Assembly: GCF_006345805.1 (NCBI RefSeq)
Contig: NC_043010.1
Span: 11,098,001-11,162,000, forward strand
From: Octopus sinensis
Taxonomy: Eukaryota
Length of the DNA: 64,000 nucleotides
Direction of reading: 5' to 3'
The notes beneath the pieces were generated by a model. The model ran no database searches. It was not told where the DNA came from and worked only from the letters and a program-made list of their open reading frames with translations. This document shows, one piece after another, positions 13,574-25,843 of the stretch. How positions within the stretch are numbered: the stretch's first letter is position 1; every line of letters starts with the position of its first letter. A program made the position numbers and the translations under genes.

Positions 13574-13960
13574 TGGAGGCGCAATGGCCCAGTGGTTAGG
13601 GCAGCAGACTCGCAGTCATAGGATCGCGGTTTCGATTCCCAGACCGGGTGTTGTGAGTGTTTATTGAGCGAAAACACCTAAAAGCTCCACGAGGCTCCAG
13701 CAGGGGATGGTGGTGATCCCTGCTGTACTCTTTCACCACAACTTTCTCTCACTCTTACTTCCTGTTTCTGTTGTACCTGTATTTCAAGGGGCCGGCCTTG
13801 TCACTCTCTGTGTCACGCTGAATATCCCCGAGAACTATGTTAAGGGTGCACGCGTCTGTGGAGTGCTCAGCCACTTACACGTTACTTTCACGAGCAGGCT
13901 GTTCCGTTGATTCGGATCAACCGGAACCCTCATCGTCGTTACCAACGGAGTGCTTCCATC
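13574..13960 (+). mobile_element. SINE family C (tRNA-Arg-like head), full length
   Basis: TGGCCCAGTGGTTAGGG A-box, GTTTCGATTCC B-box; four highly similar copies in the window. Confidence 0.92.
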
Positions 13961-14316
13961 AGTCTCCTATAATATGTTGCTTAAAATTTCAGTTGTCTCT
14001 ATAGTTAATCATTATAGAACTTATCCTCCGGTTCTTTAATTTTCTGGGGAATATCATTTGACAACAGTTGAAATGAAAAAGAAAAACAAAAATTTCACAA
14101 AATCAGCAGACTTCCTTTCGCCTGAACAAAGCAACAAACTTTCATTCAAGCAAATCGTTTATACTGTTATCATTGCCATTGTTACCATTATTGGAACAGT
14201 CATTTTAGTATACAGGCGCAGGCAGGGCTGTGTGGTAAGATGTTTGATTCTGAACCACATGGTTCTGGGTTCACCTCCATTGTGTGACACCTCATGAGTG
14301 GATTTGGAAAAGAAGT

Positions 14317-14353
<37 letters not shown>

Positions 14354-14719
14354 GGTTGGCTGTCGGGTATGCTATATTGTGTTTTTTCCTTACATGTCTT
14401 GAGTTCGTTGCACGGAAGAGCATGGAATGCATATTCTGCATTGATTGCAAAATCACAGGTGATATGTAACTAAATTCTGTTTTAAATGACTTGCTTTGAA
14501 GTTTTGCATTCGGTACAATTTGTTTATTTTAGTAGTTTTGACTGCAAGAGTCCTTCTTAGCATGCGGTACCTATGAATAATAGTACCCTCTATATAATAT
14601 AAATAAATATTTTCAAAGTGGAAAAATTTACGGATTTTTTCTCTTACGAGGTTTTTCACGCTAACTACTGATAATTTCTTATAAAGATTTTATCCTTAAT
14701 TTTAAACTTATATATATAT

Positions 14720-14753
<34 letters not shown>

Positions 14754-15119
14754 TCATCATTATCATCATCGATTAATATCTGTTTTCCATGCTGGCATGG
14801 GTTGGATGGTTTGACTGAGGTATGGAGAGCCAGCAGTTGCACCATACATTTTACATACATATATATTTTGTGAGAGGAAGATGGGAAGGGGGCTATTACC
14901 CTAGTAGTTGTGGCACTTGTGGATTTTTCGTGGGGTCTCCATGAGTAGCCCAGGGTTGCTTAACTCTTTTATGCATTTTCTTTGTTAAATGCTTCATTGT
15001 AATTGACTTTTTAATTGACACTTTATGTAACCCCACTATCTCCTTCATGTTTTATGTCCAATCTTATTTTTGTTGGCCCTTGTGGTTAATATAGAGAATA
15101 ATTATTATTATCATCATCA

Positions 15120-15153
<34 letters not shown>

Positions 15154-15160
15154 CATTATA

Positions 15161-15200
<40 letters not shown>

Positions 15201-15229
15201 TATTATTATCATTATTATTATTATTATTT

Positions 15230-15770
15230 TTGAGTGAGAGAGCAATGCATGCTATCAAAGTGACACTGGGGTAAAATATATGAAGCCCAGTATACCCATC
15301 ATGACTACCCATCTGATAAGGGTACACCAGGCACATGCATCACAACCATATGTGCGCGACATGGTGATCTCATATCAAGATAAACAGCACATGACCTTGC
15401 AGGTGGGGCCCAGTTAAAATTTTCTTCTGGTCGAGTAAACCATTCCACTCAAAAGGTCCCTGGATAAGGGTTGTTTAAGGATGTTGAACGAAACACACAT
15501 GTTTCCAGAGGTGAATTATTCAAACCCCAAAGAATCCCTCTCAACACATGGCTATGATGCTCCCCCACTACTTCTGGTCGTGATCAGAGATGCACATATC
15601 CTCAGCCACTAAGGGACATGCTCAACTGGTTAAGGTCAAACAACTGACAAGAAAATCTGTGGTATTGAGCAGAATATTTGCTGTAGCCCATCTATTATAC
15701 CAAGACAAAACAATGTACATGATAACACTTCCAATCAGTTAAGATCAGAAGCCATGAGAGCCACTGCCTG
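15230..15770 (-). mobile_element. Retroposon tail, family F, embedded in (TAA)n
   Basis: Shares its 3' end (CTCTCTCACTCAA) with 29994-30263 and 39613-39979; TTA repeats on both flanks. Confidence 0.85.
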
Positions 15771-15954
15771 AGTATTATTATTATTATTATTATTATCATA
15801 TTATCATTTTGTTCATCATATACATGTGCATGTGTATTTGTCATTATTGTTTTGCTTTTTAATTAAATATAAAGTGTCGTCTTCGAAATGTGTAATATAT
15901 ATTAAATAAGCCTTAATCTTCATGCATGTCTTTTGGTCCACATTGTATATATAT

Positions 15955-16000
<46 letters not shown>

Positions 16001-16157
16001 AGGAGAGAGAGAGAGAGAGGAGAGAGAGAACAGGTTTCTTTCAGTTTCCATGTATTAAATTTACTCAAAATGCTTTTGTTTGCTCAGAGCTATGGTAGAA
16101 GACACTTGCCCAATTTTCCATGCTGTGGGATTGAACCAAAAACCATGTGTCCATACA

Positions 16158-16202
<45 letters not shown>

Positions 16203-16535
16203 ACATGTGTTTGTGTGGGCATGTGTGTGTATCTGTATGCTTGTGTGAGTATGTGTGTTCATATATATATATACACACACATATATACATACACACATTC
16301 ATAAATACATATGTATTTATATATATATATATCACCGTGATCGCCGTGACCAACCAGGCTATCAGATGTTGCTACACATCGCTGGTCACAATGCACATCG
16401 CATTGTTTCAGCCTTCAAATGACACCACCCCGCTGGCTAAGAGAGCAGGCCAATATAAATATATATATATATATATTTAATATACATACACACACACACA
16501 TATATACACTCAGGCTGATGCACACACATATTTAT

Positions 16536-16635
16536 NNNNNNNNNNNNNNNNNNNNNNNNNNNNNNNNNNNNNNNNNNNNNNNNNNNNNNNNNNNNNNNNN
16601 NNNNNNNNNNNNNNNNNNNNNNNNNNNNNNNNNNN
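16536..16635. other. Assembly gap (100 N)
   Basis: Run of exactly 100 N, typical of a fixed-size scaffolding gap. Confidence 0.99.
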
Positions 16636-17023
16636 AACCACCACATGGTTCCGGGTTCAGTCCCACAGCGCGTGCATCTTGGGCAGTGTCTTTTGCTATA
16701 GCCCCAGGCCGACCAATGCCTTGTGAGTGGATTTGGTAGACTAAAGGCAGTGCTCCAGCATGGCTGCAGTCAAATGACTGAAACAGGTAAAAGAGAAAAA
16801 CAGAGAGAGACATAGAAGCCTGGTGCAGTCTTCAGTCTGTCCAGCTCCTGTCAAACTGTCCAACCCATGCCAGCATGGAAAGTGGACATTAAGCGAAGAT
16901 GATGATGATGATGATGCTTTGAAATTATGTAATTAAAATTATTTTTCTTGATTTACTATGTATCACATCTTGCTCCATTTCTTACTGTCATTTAAATTTG
17001 TATAAACATGTAAAATGCTCTCA

Positions 17024-17440
17024 GGCGCAGGAGTGGCTGTGTGGTAAGTAGCTTGCTAACCAACCACATGGTTCTGGGTTCAGTCCCACTGCGTGGCATC
17101 TTGGGCAAGTGTCTTCTGCTATAGCCCCAGGCCGACCAATGCCTTGTGAGTGGATTTGGTAGACGGAAACTGAAAGAAGCCTGTCGTATATATGTATATA
17201 TATATATGTATGTGTGTGCATTTATGTGTCTGTGTTTGTCCCCCTAGCATTGCTTGACAACCGATGCTGGTGTGTTTATGTACCCGTTACTTAGCGGTTC
17301 GGCAAAAGAGACCGATAGAATAAGTACTGGGCTTACAAAGAATAAGTCCCGGGGTCGATTTGCTCGACTAAATGCGGTGCTCCAGCATGGCCGCAGTCAA
17401 ATGACTGAAACAAGTAAAAGAGTAAAAGAGTAAAAGAGTA
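17024..17440 (+). mobile_element. SINE family A, full length
   Basis: Family match across its length. Confidence 0.92.
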
Positions 17441-17477
17441 TATGTATGAATTGGTGGCTGGCACAACAAACAAATTC

Positions 17478-17810
17478 ATTATTATTGTTGTTGTAATCAT
17501 TATCATCGTCATTGTCATCGTCATCGTCGTCATCATTACCATCATCTTCATCATCATTACCATCAACACCATCATCATCATCATCATCATCATCATCACC
17601 ATCATCATCATCATTACCATCATCATCATCATCATCATTACCATCATCATTATCATCAACACCATCATCATCATCACCATCATCATCATCCTCATCATTC
17701 TCATCACCATTATTATTACTAATAATAGCAGTATTATCCTCCTCCTCTTTATCGTCATCATCGTCACCATCATCACATTACCACCACCACCACCACCACC
17801 ATCATTATTA
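17478..17810. repeat. (CAT)n/(CAC)n trinucleotide array
   Basis: Direct inspection. Confidence 0.9.
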
Positions 17811-18254
17811 ATGTGTTATCTTTCTTCTGGTTTTATTACCATTAACGCAGACATATTTCACAATTTGGTTTCCTACATTTCCTTCCTCGTTATTTCAATA
17901 ATTTTCATTTACACTTATGGACTGAAAGTTTGTCAAATTTAAAATTCAATGTAGTACATTATTGTGAAATTTTTCGATAATAATTATAATAAATATAAAG
18001 AAAATTTATAAAATAAAGGCTAATTGTCTTTCTCAAGTGTTCATCTACTGGAAAGATAAAGTTGTTGCATTATCAACGCCATTTAGACCATCATTCTGTC
18101 TGTAAGTCTTTAATATATCTTTAGCTTATACTCTGCTTAAAGAATAAAAATTGTTAAGCCTTCAACATTCTATTTCACACTTCAATTGCTGATTGATTAA
18201 CCTGAGAGACACCCATATTATAGAAGGAAGAAACAGCTGCCCCAGGGAATCGTC

Positions 18255-18432
18255 TACATGGGGGGTGTTGAAAGGTTTCTGGGTTTAAGGTTATTGTGAA
18301 AGGTCTGGTTGGAAGCCCCACCTTCTGAGTTCTTTTACAGGGCTTACAAAAACTGAAGGACCATTGTAATAAGTATGTGAATCTGAGAGGGAAACATGTT
18401 GAATAAAATCCTAATTAACTGATCTTCCTGTA
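18255..18432 (+). mobile_element. Mariner-derived non-autonomous fragment
   Basis: Encodes LQGLQKLKDHCNKYVNLRGKHVE*, resembling the mariner transposase C-terminus (GI.KL..RW.KC....G.YVE*); TIR-like left end. Confidence 0.65.
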
Positions 18433-18549
18433 TATATAAATACTTTACAGCTCTGTGCTTCAGTCTGTTTCTTTTTCGGGCCGACCAATGCCTTGTGAGT
18501 GGATTTGGTAGATGGTAACTGAAAGAAGCTTGTTGTATATATATATATA

Positions 18550-18717
18550 TTAGAGGGAAACCACTATGTGGACACCCTTATGCTAGAAATAGATCCGCTA
18601 TGGTCTTACCACTAAGAAATGTTCTCAAGAAAGATTTAGCAAAATAACCAAAACGTTTTAAGACCATAGCGGATCTATTTCTAGCATAAGGATGTCCACA
18701 TAGTGGTTTCCCTCTAA
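18550..18717. repeat. Inverted repeat: 59-bp arms, 50-bp spacer, inside (TA)n
   Basis: 18550-18608 is the reverse complement of 18659-18717 with one mismatch. Confidence 0.95.
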
Positions 18718-18803
18718 TATATATATATATATATACATTACCCCACTTATAACACCATACTTAGGTGATGGTAGTCTACTACAACCATATTCTCTATCAT
18801 ATA

Positions 18804-19210
18804 GGCGCAGGAGTGGCCGTGTGGTAAGTAGCTTGCTAAACAACCACATGGTTCCGGGTTCAGTCCCACTGCGTGGCATCTTGGGAAAGTGACTTCTGCT
18901 ATAGCCCCGGGCCAACCAATGCCTTGTGAGTGGATTTGGTAGACGGAAACTGAAAGAAGCCCGTCGTATATATGTATATATATGTGTGTGTGTGTATGTT
19001 TGTGTGTCTGTGTTTGTCCCCCTAGCATTGCTTGACAGCCGATGCTGGTGTGTTTATGTCCCGTCACTTAGCGGTTCGGCAAAAAGAGACCGATAGAATA
19101 AGTACTGGGCTTACAAAGAATAAGTCCCGGGGTCGATTTGCTCGACTAAAGGCGGTGCTCCAGCATGGCCACAATTCAAATGACTGAAACAAGTAAAAGA
19201 GTAAAAGAGT
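18804..19210 (+). mobile_element. SINE family A, full length
   Basis: Family match across its length. Confidence 0.92.
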
Positions 19211-19418
19211 ATACCAAATGTACACTGATAACACTCTCCACCAAACACCATTCACATTTTAGAAGTTTCTTAATTTACCATTTCACAAAACTTTCTAACC
19301 AAGTTTAAGTCATACTATAACACTAAAACAACAACTGTTATTTAACAGTTTCTCATTTAACCATTTCACAACAGGAACAAAACTTTCTAAGCATATTTAG
19401 TTATAGCATATTTGGCAG

Positions 19419-19598
19419 TTTAATAGATGTGGTGGTGGTGGTGGTGGTGGTGGTGGTGGTGGTGGTGGTGTTGATGGTGTCGGGCAGGGGTCTGGCAAAT
19501 TTGATCACTTGAAAGATCTGGCCGTTATTGATGGCATGTCACCATCACTGGAGCTTAAGCAAGAAGAAGATGTAAAGCCAACTCCGACAACATTATAA
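19419..19598 (+). CDS. Candidate terminal coding exon, product unknown
   Basis: After TTTGGCAG the frame reads FNRC(G)13VDGVGQGSGKFDHLKDLAVIDGMSPSLELKQEEDVKPTPTTL*; no homologue recognised and the acceptor is weak. Confidence 0.28.
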   Translation, partial: FNRCGGGGGGGGGGGGGVDGVGQGSGKFDHLKDLAVIDGMSPSLELKQEEDVKPTPTTL

Positions 19599-19829
19599 GG
19601 GTGATACTTTACATAGATACTTGCTTGTATGTGAGTGTGCGTGTGTTTGTGTGTGTGTGTGTGTGTGTGATGCTGCAGTGTTTTGAAATTAGTGGTGTGA
19701 GCTACGGCAGAACATCTAATGGGTTTTAATTTCATGGTGTAGCAGACAGACAGACATGAAAATAGTTTCAAAGTTACATGCACAAGCACACACACACACT
19801 ACATATGTGTGTCCACCCATGTGTGTGCC

Positions 19830-20238
19830 TATATATATGTGTGTGTATATATATGTATATATATATGTATATATATATATATATATATGGAGAGATGTAT
19901 AGATACACATACACCACATACATATATAAAAGCACACACAAAGCACAGTCACATGCATACATGCACATTTTTATGTATATATGTATGCATGTGTATATAT
20001 ATATATATATATGCATTTGTATATATATCTATATATATATATATGCATGTGTATATATATATATATATATTGCATGTATATATATATATATATATGCATG
20101 GTATATATATTATATATATATGCATGTGTATATATATATATATATATGCATGTATATATATATATATATATATATATATGCATGTATATATATATATAAT
20201 ATATATATATGCATGTGTATATATATATATATATATGC

Positions 20239-20283
<45 letters not shown>

Positions 20284-20405
20284 GCATGTATATATATATA
20301 TATATATAATATATCTATATATATGCATGTGGTATATATATATATATATATGCGTATAATATAATATATTTATATGCATTGTTTAATATATATTATATAT
20401 ATATT
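19830..20405. repeat. (TA)n array punctuated by TGCATG
   Basis: Direct inspection. Confidence 0.95.
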
Positions 20406-20724
20406 TGCGTGTGTGGGTATAACCAACGCTTATATGCAATATTTTCGTCATATTTTGACAGAAAGATAAGCTGCCATTTTAACTCCTTCAAGCTTAACTA
20501 CAGTTAAAGTACAGTCAAACTACAGTCGTGAATATAGCTTTGTTTGGTCATTCAATCTATTTTCAAATAGCAGCTAAACCTTTCTCAAACCGCTCTTCAG
20601 GATATTAACAAAAGGACAAATGGAAACCAAACAAAAAGATTATTCTACAAAATTTTAGCTAAAAAATTGTTATATTTATATGTTCCTGACATATTTCTTT
20701 TTCAAATGTCATTATGTCATTATA

Positions 20725-21135
20725 GGCGCAGGAGTGACTGTGTGGTAAGTAGCTTGCTAACCAACCACATGGTTGCGGGTTCAGTCCCACTGCGTGGCAC
20801 ATGGGGCAAGTGTCTTCTACTATAGCCTCGGGCCGACCAAAGCCTTGTGAGTGGATTTGGCTGACGGAAACTGAAAGAAGCCCGTCGTACATATGTATAT
20901 ATATATATATGTGTGTTTATGTGTCTGTGTTTGTCCCCCTAGCATTGCTTGACAACCGATGCTGGTGTGTTTACGTCCCCGAAACTTAGCGGTTCGGCAA
21001 AAGAGACCGATAGAATAAGTACTAGGCTTACAAAGAATAAGTCCTGGGGTCGATTTGGTCGACTAAAGGCGGTGCTCCAGCATGGCCTCAGTCAAAATGA
21101 CTGAAACAAGTAAAAGAGTAAAAGAGTAAAAGAGT
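20725..21135 (+). mobile_element. SINE family A, full length, with long flanking direct repeat
   Basis: ATATTTCTTTTTCAAATGTCAT(T/A)ATGT at 20691-20717 and 21136-21162. Confidence 0.92.
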
Positions 21136-21308
21136 ATATTTCTTTTTCAAATGTCATAATGTGTTTTGTGCACCAAGAGTGCAACAAACAATTTGTGTGG
21201 TGCCTGAGCAAGAAGATAGCTTCATTTTATCAAATATTTCTGCAATTATCTTACTGGACATAATGCTTTTGGTCTTAATTTTTATCTTTTTTAAAATTTT
21301 TTTTTAAT

Positions 21309-21498
21309 TGTTTCAGTCATTTGACTGTGGCCATGCTGGAGCACTGCCTTTAGTCGAGCAAATCGACCCCGGGACTTATTCTTTGTAAGCCCAGCACTTT
21401 ATTCTATCGGTCTCTTTTTGCCGAACCTTTAAGTGACGGAGACGTAAACACACCAGCATCAGTTGTCAAGCAATGCTAGGGGGACAAAACACAAACAT

Positions 21499-21553
<55 letters not shown>

Positions 21554-21726
21554 TTACTATATACGACAGGCTTCTTTCAGTTTTCGTCTACCAAATCCAC
21601 TCACAAGGCATTGGTCGGCCCGAGGCTATAGTAGAAGACACTTGCCCAAGGTGACACGCAGTGGGACTGAACCCGGAACCATGTGGTTGGTAAGCAAGCT
21701 ACTTACCACACAGCCACTCCTGCGCC
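21309..21726 (-). mobile_element. SINE family A, inverted relative to 20725-21135
   Basis: Reverse-complement family match. Confidence 0.92.
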
Positions 21727-21924
21727 TGCCTATATTCCTTATTAAACTATGCTATAACATCCCTTCCATGCCAGCCTTTCTGCTAGTTTCACTAGTAAGA
21801 TTTAATGGAGCCTTTCAGCAAGCAATTTTGCAAAGTAAAACTTCTAAGTCTCCTTCGATTCACGTTTTTTTGAGGGCATATATGGCTTTGTCGATTTTGC
21901 AAATTTGTCATCATCATCATCATC

Positions 21925-22097
21925 TCTTTCTTTACTCCCCACAAGGGGTTAAACACAGAGGGGACAAACAAGGACAAACAAACGGATTAAGTCGTTTACA
22001 TCGACTCCAGTGCGTAACTGGTACTTAATTTATCGACCCCGAAAGGATGAAAGGCAAAGTCGACCTTGGCGGAATTTGAACTTAGAATGTAACGGCA
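21925..22097 (-). mobile_element. SINE family B, 5'-truncated
   Basis: Matches 1776-1950. Confidence 0.85.
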
Positions 22098-22926
22098 TCT
22101 GTTTTCCATGCTGGCATGTATTAGATGGTTTGACTAGAGCCAGGTAAGCTAGAGAGGCTGCGCCAGGCTCCAAGTTGTCTGTTTTGGCTTGATTTCTACA
22201 GCTGGATGTCCTCCTAATTTATTTCCTTATATTGGCCATAAAGGCCTTACATTGAGAAAGGAAGCTGCAGGCTAGACACAGACATAATGTTATATGAAAT
22301 GGAAAATGAAAAATGAAAATGATGATTAATGAGGGAAAAAGCGATGCCCGCCGATCATTCTTTCACAAGAATATTGATCTCTTATATTATTCATGAGGTA
22401 ACAGACCTCTTAAATTGTTTACAATATTCAATAACAAAATGAGGCACTAAGCCTCTTACCATTTTTTTTCCAAACTAGGAACTTTCAATAACACTGAGGC
22501 TTTTCAACCTCTTATCCATATTCCTCCCCAACATCACTTGTGATCCCATCCTCTGCCATCACCCACGCCTCATTCAAGCCCAAAGCAGATGCCGTGTAGG
22601 CGTCGCCCAGCCATAAGTGATATTCCTCATTGAGTCCTTCCAGCCAATGCAACATGGGCAATGTTATGACCTCCACAGCTATCTGCGGAGGTCATTCGAG
22701 ATCCCATGTGCAGGCTAAAGGTACTCCCTTATGGTGCTTTTCCAACACCTTGGCCTTAGGAAGGATACCTTTCCTAATGCCATCCACTTTACAGAGTGTA
22801 TTGGGTGCTTTCTCATGTCACAAGCATGGATGTCTTTTATGTGTCACTGGAATGGATGTCTTATATGTGTCACTGGCATGGATGCCTTTACGTGTCACCA
22901 GCATGAGTGGTTTTTATATGTCACCA

Positions 22927-23530
22927 ACCAGAGACCGAGACATTTGGAAGTATGCTGTGCGCAGGAAGACCCGGCAGGACAAGTGAGACCATAACCCGTG
23001 GCCTCTACCTGGGACGTAGCCAACCCACTTATGCATATCTTTCCTTCTTGTGACACAAACCCTACTTGTGAAGACCTGTTGAGCAAAGTAAAAATTAAAT
23101 CAAAATCAAAATCGAAATTGATCAACATCAACGGAAATTGTAGCTGTGATACCAGTGCCGATGGCACGTAAGAGAACCATCCGAACATGGCTGTTGCCAG
23201 TGCCGCCCCGAATGGCCTTTGTGCCAGTGGCACGTAAAATGCACCATCCGATTGTGGGCGTTGCCAGCTTCATCTAGCCCCGTGCTGGTGGCACGTAAAA
23301 AATACCATCCGATCATGGCCGTTTGCCAGCCTCATCTGGCACCTGTGCAGGTGGCACATAAAAAGCACCCACTACACTCACAGAGTGGTTGGTGTTAGAA
23401 AGGGCATCCAGCTGTAGAAACACTGCCAGGTCAGACTGGGCCTGGCGCAGCCTTCTGGCTTCCCAGACCCCAATTGAACCGTCCAACCCATGCTAGCATG
23501 GAAAACGGACGTTAAATGATGATGATGATG
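22927..23530 (+). mobile_element. 5'-truncated LINE 3' end (RTE-like), family E
   Basis: ORF end TRDRDIWKYAVRRKTRQDK*, then a UTR with repeated TGGCACGTAAAA-GCACC motifs and a (GAT)n tail; tail fragments recur many times in the window. Confidence 0.75.
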
Positions 23531-24384
23531 GGAGACCTTTTACATGTCCTTGGCACAGGTGCCAAATATATCCTGGTTCATTAGAACTTACTTCAGATCT
23601 TTTTATATCTTTCCTCATTGGAACACAGAACTTCTGCAAACTTCCTATTTTCAGCTTCTTTCAGATTTTCATGTTTCCAAGTAATACACTTGTTTTGTTT
23701 TTTTTTAACGATTTTTGTGTGTGTGTGTTTGTGTGTTTTTCTTCTTTTTTTTCTGTTATTGGTTTGGTCTCAAGGAAGAGGTTGTGCTTGTTGTCTACTG
23801 GCCCACCGAGACCAAGGAAAACAACGTGGTGATATTAGACACATATTCTCATACGTGCACAAGAGATAGAGTAATAGTGAAAGAGAGAAGGAAAGAAAGG
23901 AAGAAAGACAGAGAAGAGAAAAAGAGAGAAGGGAAGAGAAGAGATAGATAGATAGAAGGAGAGAGAAAGAGAAAAGAAAGAGAGAGAATGAGAGAGAGAG
24001 AGAGAAGAAACAAAGTCAGAAAACTGTGAAAATTTTCTTTCTTTAACTCAGGGAAAATGAGTAAAAAAAAGAATAAAAGAGAACAAATATAAAAATTTCT
24101 AAAGATATATATATATATAAAGATATATATATATATATAAAGATATATATATATATATATATACACAAAAATACAATAGCTAGACATCAAATTAGTAGTG
24201 ACCTGACAATGATCAACAGCCAACCACGTATTATGTGGTATTTTACACACATTACGGCTACTCAAAGAGCAATTCCAATGCGTTATCGGAAATATTTCAA
24301 GATTATTTGGTTGGATGTCTGCTATGAGAAGAAACAAAATTCAATGACTCTCAGGAAGCCAATTCTCGCAAATAACTGCCATTC

Positions 24385-24650
24385 TTCGCCATCATCACCA
24401 TATCACCACCACCACCACTACCACCAACACCATTACCATTACCACCGCCACCACCAACACCAACTTCACCACTGTCATTACCATCGCCATCGTCACCACC
24501 TCTGCACCACCCAAACAAATACAAATCATACTGCTGCCAACATCCACTCTTACATCACCTTACCCTCCCCTAACCACCATCACCCCCCCCATTATCACCA
24601 TCACTACAACCACCACCATTACCACCACCACCACCACCACCATCATCACT
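24385..24650. repeat. Degenerate (CAC)n/(CAT)n array
   Basis: Direct inspection; source of the His-rich ORF. Confidence 0.85.
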
Positions 24651-24894
24651 GTCATTCTATCACTATTTCCATAAACTGTATGAGAAAAACATTTTCGGGC
24701 CAACCTTTTGCGATGTGTATTGATGCTGCTATTACTATTATTGTAAATTATCAGCAGTAGATGTAAAATAAATCTTTTATTGTTGACCTTTCCGATTCTT
24801 GAAGCAATGCGAAAACATTGGTAGTGGAGAGAAGTTTTGTCACACAGAGTAATATTTACCTAGCAGCCATCTTGAATTGTACTTTCGTTTTCAG

Positions 24895-24922
24895 TGGACA
24901 CCTTCAATAATAATAGTCTAAG
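24895..24922 (+). other. Candidate 28-nt micro-exon
   Basis: TGTACTTTCGTTTTCAG| acceptor and AAG|GTAAGT donor; one open frame (xDTFNNNSL). Confidence 0.35.
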
Positions 24923-25135
24923 GTAAGTGTCAAAGGAAATAACGAGAGGAAATTTGTAAACATGATAGCATTCTAAGAGCGAGAGAATGGTGAAATAAGT
25001 TTATTTGCAGACATAATTACATATTGAAAATTGTATCTGAGCCAAAGAAAATTGATACACTTTGCAAATATATGGATTTTTCTAGCATATATATCAAGTT
25101 TCTTTCAGATCATTAACAATCCAGAAAACCTCAAG

Positions 25136-25136
<1 letters not shown>

Positions 25137-25174
<38 letters not shown>

Positions 25175-25215
25175 CAGTCATTCCAATACATACATACATA
25201 CATACATACATACAT

Positions 25216-25246
<31 letters not shown>

Positions 25247-25610
25247 TACATACATGCATACATATATACTTACATATATATGCATATGTACGTATATATG
25301 TATATATGCATATGTACGTATATATGTATATATATATATATACACACACACAAATATATATGTATATATCTATATATATATTCACACACATATATACATC
25401 TATATGAATATATATATACACACATATATACATTTATATGTATATGTATACACACACACAAATATATATGTATATATCTATATATATATTCACACACATA
25501 TATACATCTATATGAATATATATACACACATATACATTTATATGTATATGTATACACACACATGCACACACACATACTGACATACACACACTCATATACA
25601 TATACATGCA
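25137..25610. repeat. CA/CATA/TA microsatellite containing a ~108-bp tandem duplication
   Basis: ~25341-25448 is repeated at ~25449-25552. Confidence 0.85.
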
Positions 25611-25843
25611 AACAATATACAACTGTGGTGGTTTTATTGGAAGCAAAATAAAACATTGAAACTTTGTTATGACATCAAGATATTGGTTCTAATTCTTGTG
25701 AATGCTAAGTGGAAAGTTTCTGGAAGTGACTGTAAATAGACTTCTTTGCAAAGATATATATTCTAACACTGTTTTATGTCTGTCTGAATATTTGTTCTCT
25801 GTACAAACATTAAAATTCTATGGACTGGAGCAAGGGACTAAAT

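Noticed and set aside
13574-13650. tRNA-like sequences at SINE heads (also 5451, 41341, 43650-43725)
   Set aside because: They continue into SINE bodies with TSDs and lack a proper acceptor stem and terminator; not tRNA genes.
13707-13910. Recurrent ORF MVVIPAVLFHHNFLSLLLPVSVVPVFQ in four places
   Set aside because: Internal to SINE family C; recurrence reflects repeat copies, not a gene family.
22500-22710. Minus-strand frame HWLEGLNEEYHLWLGDAYTASALGLNEAWVMAEDG
   Set aside because: May be a decayed LINE C-terminus, but too short and diverged to call.
24209-24760. His-rich 183-aa ORF
   Set aside because: Driven by CAC/CAT repeats; no splice or domain support.
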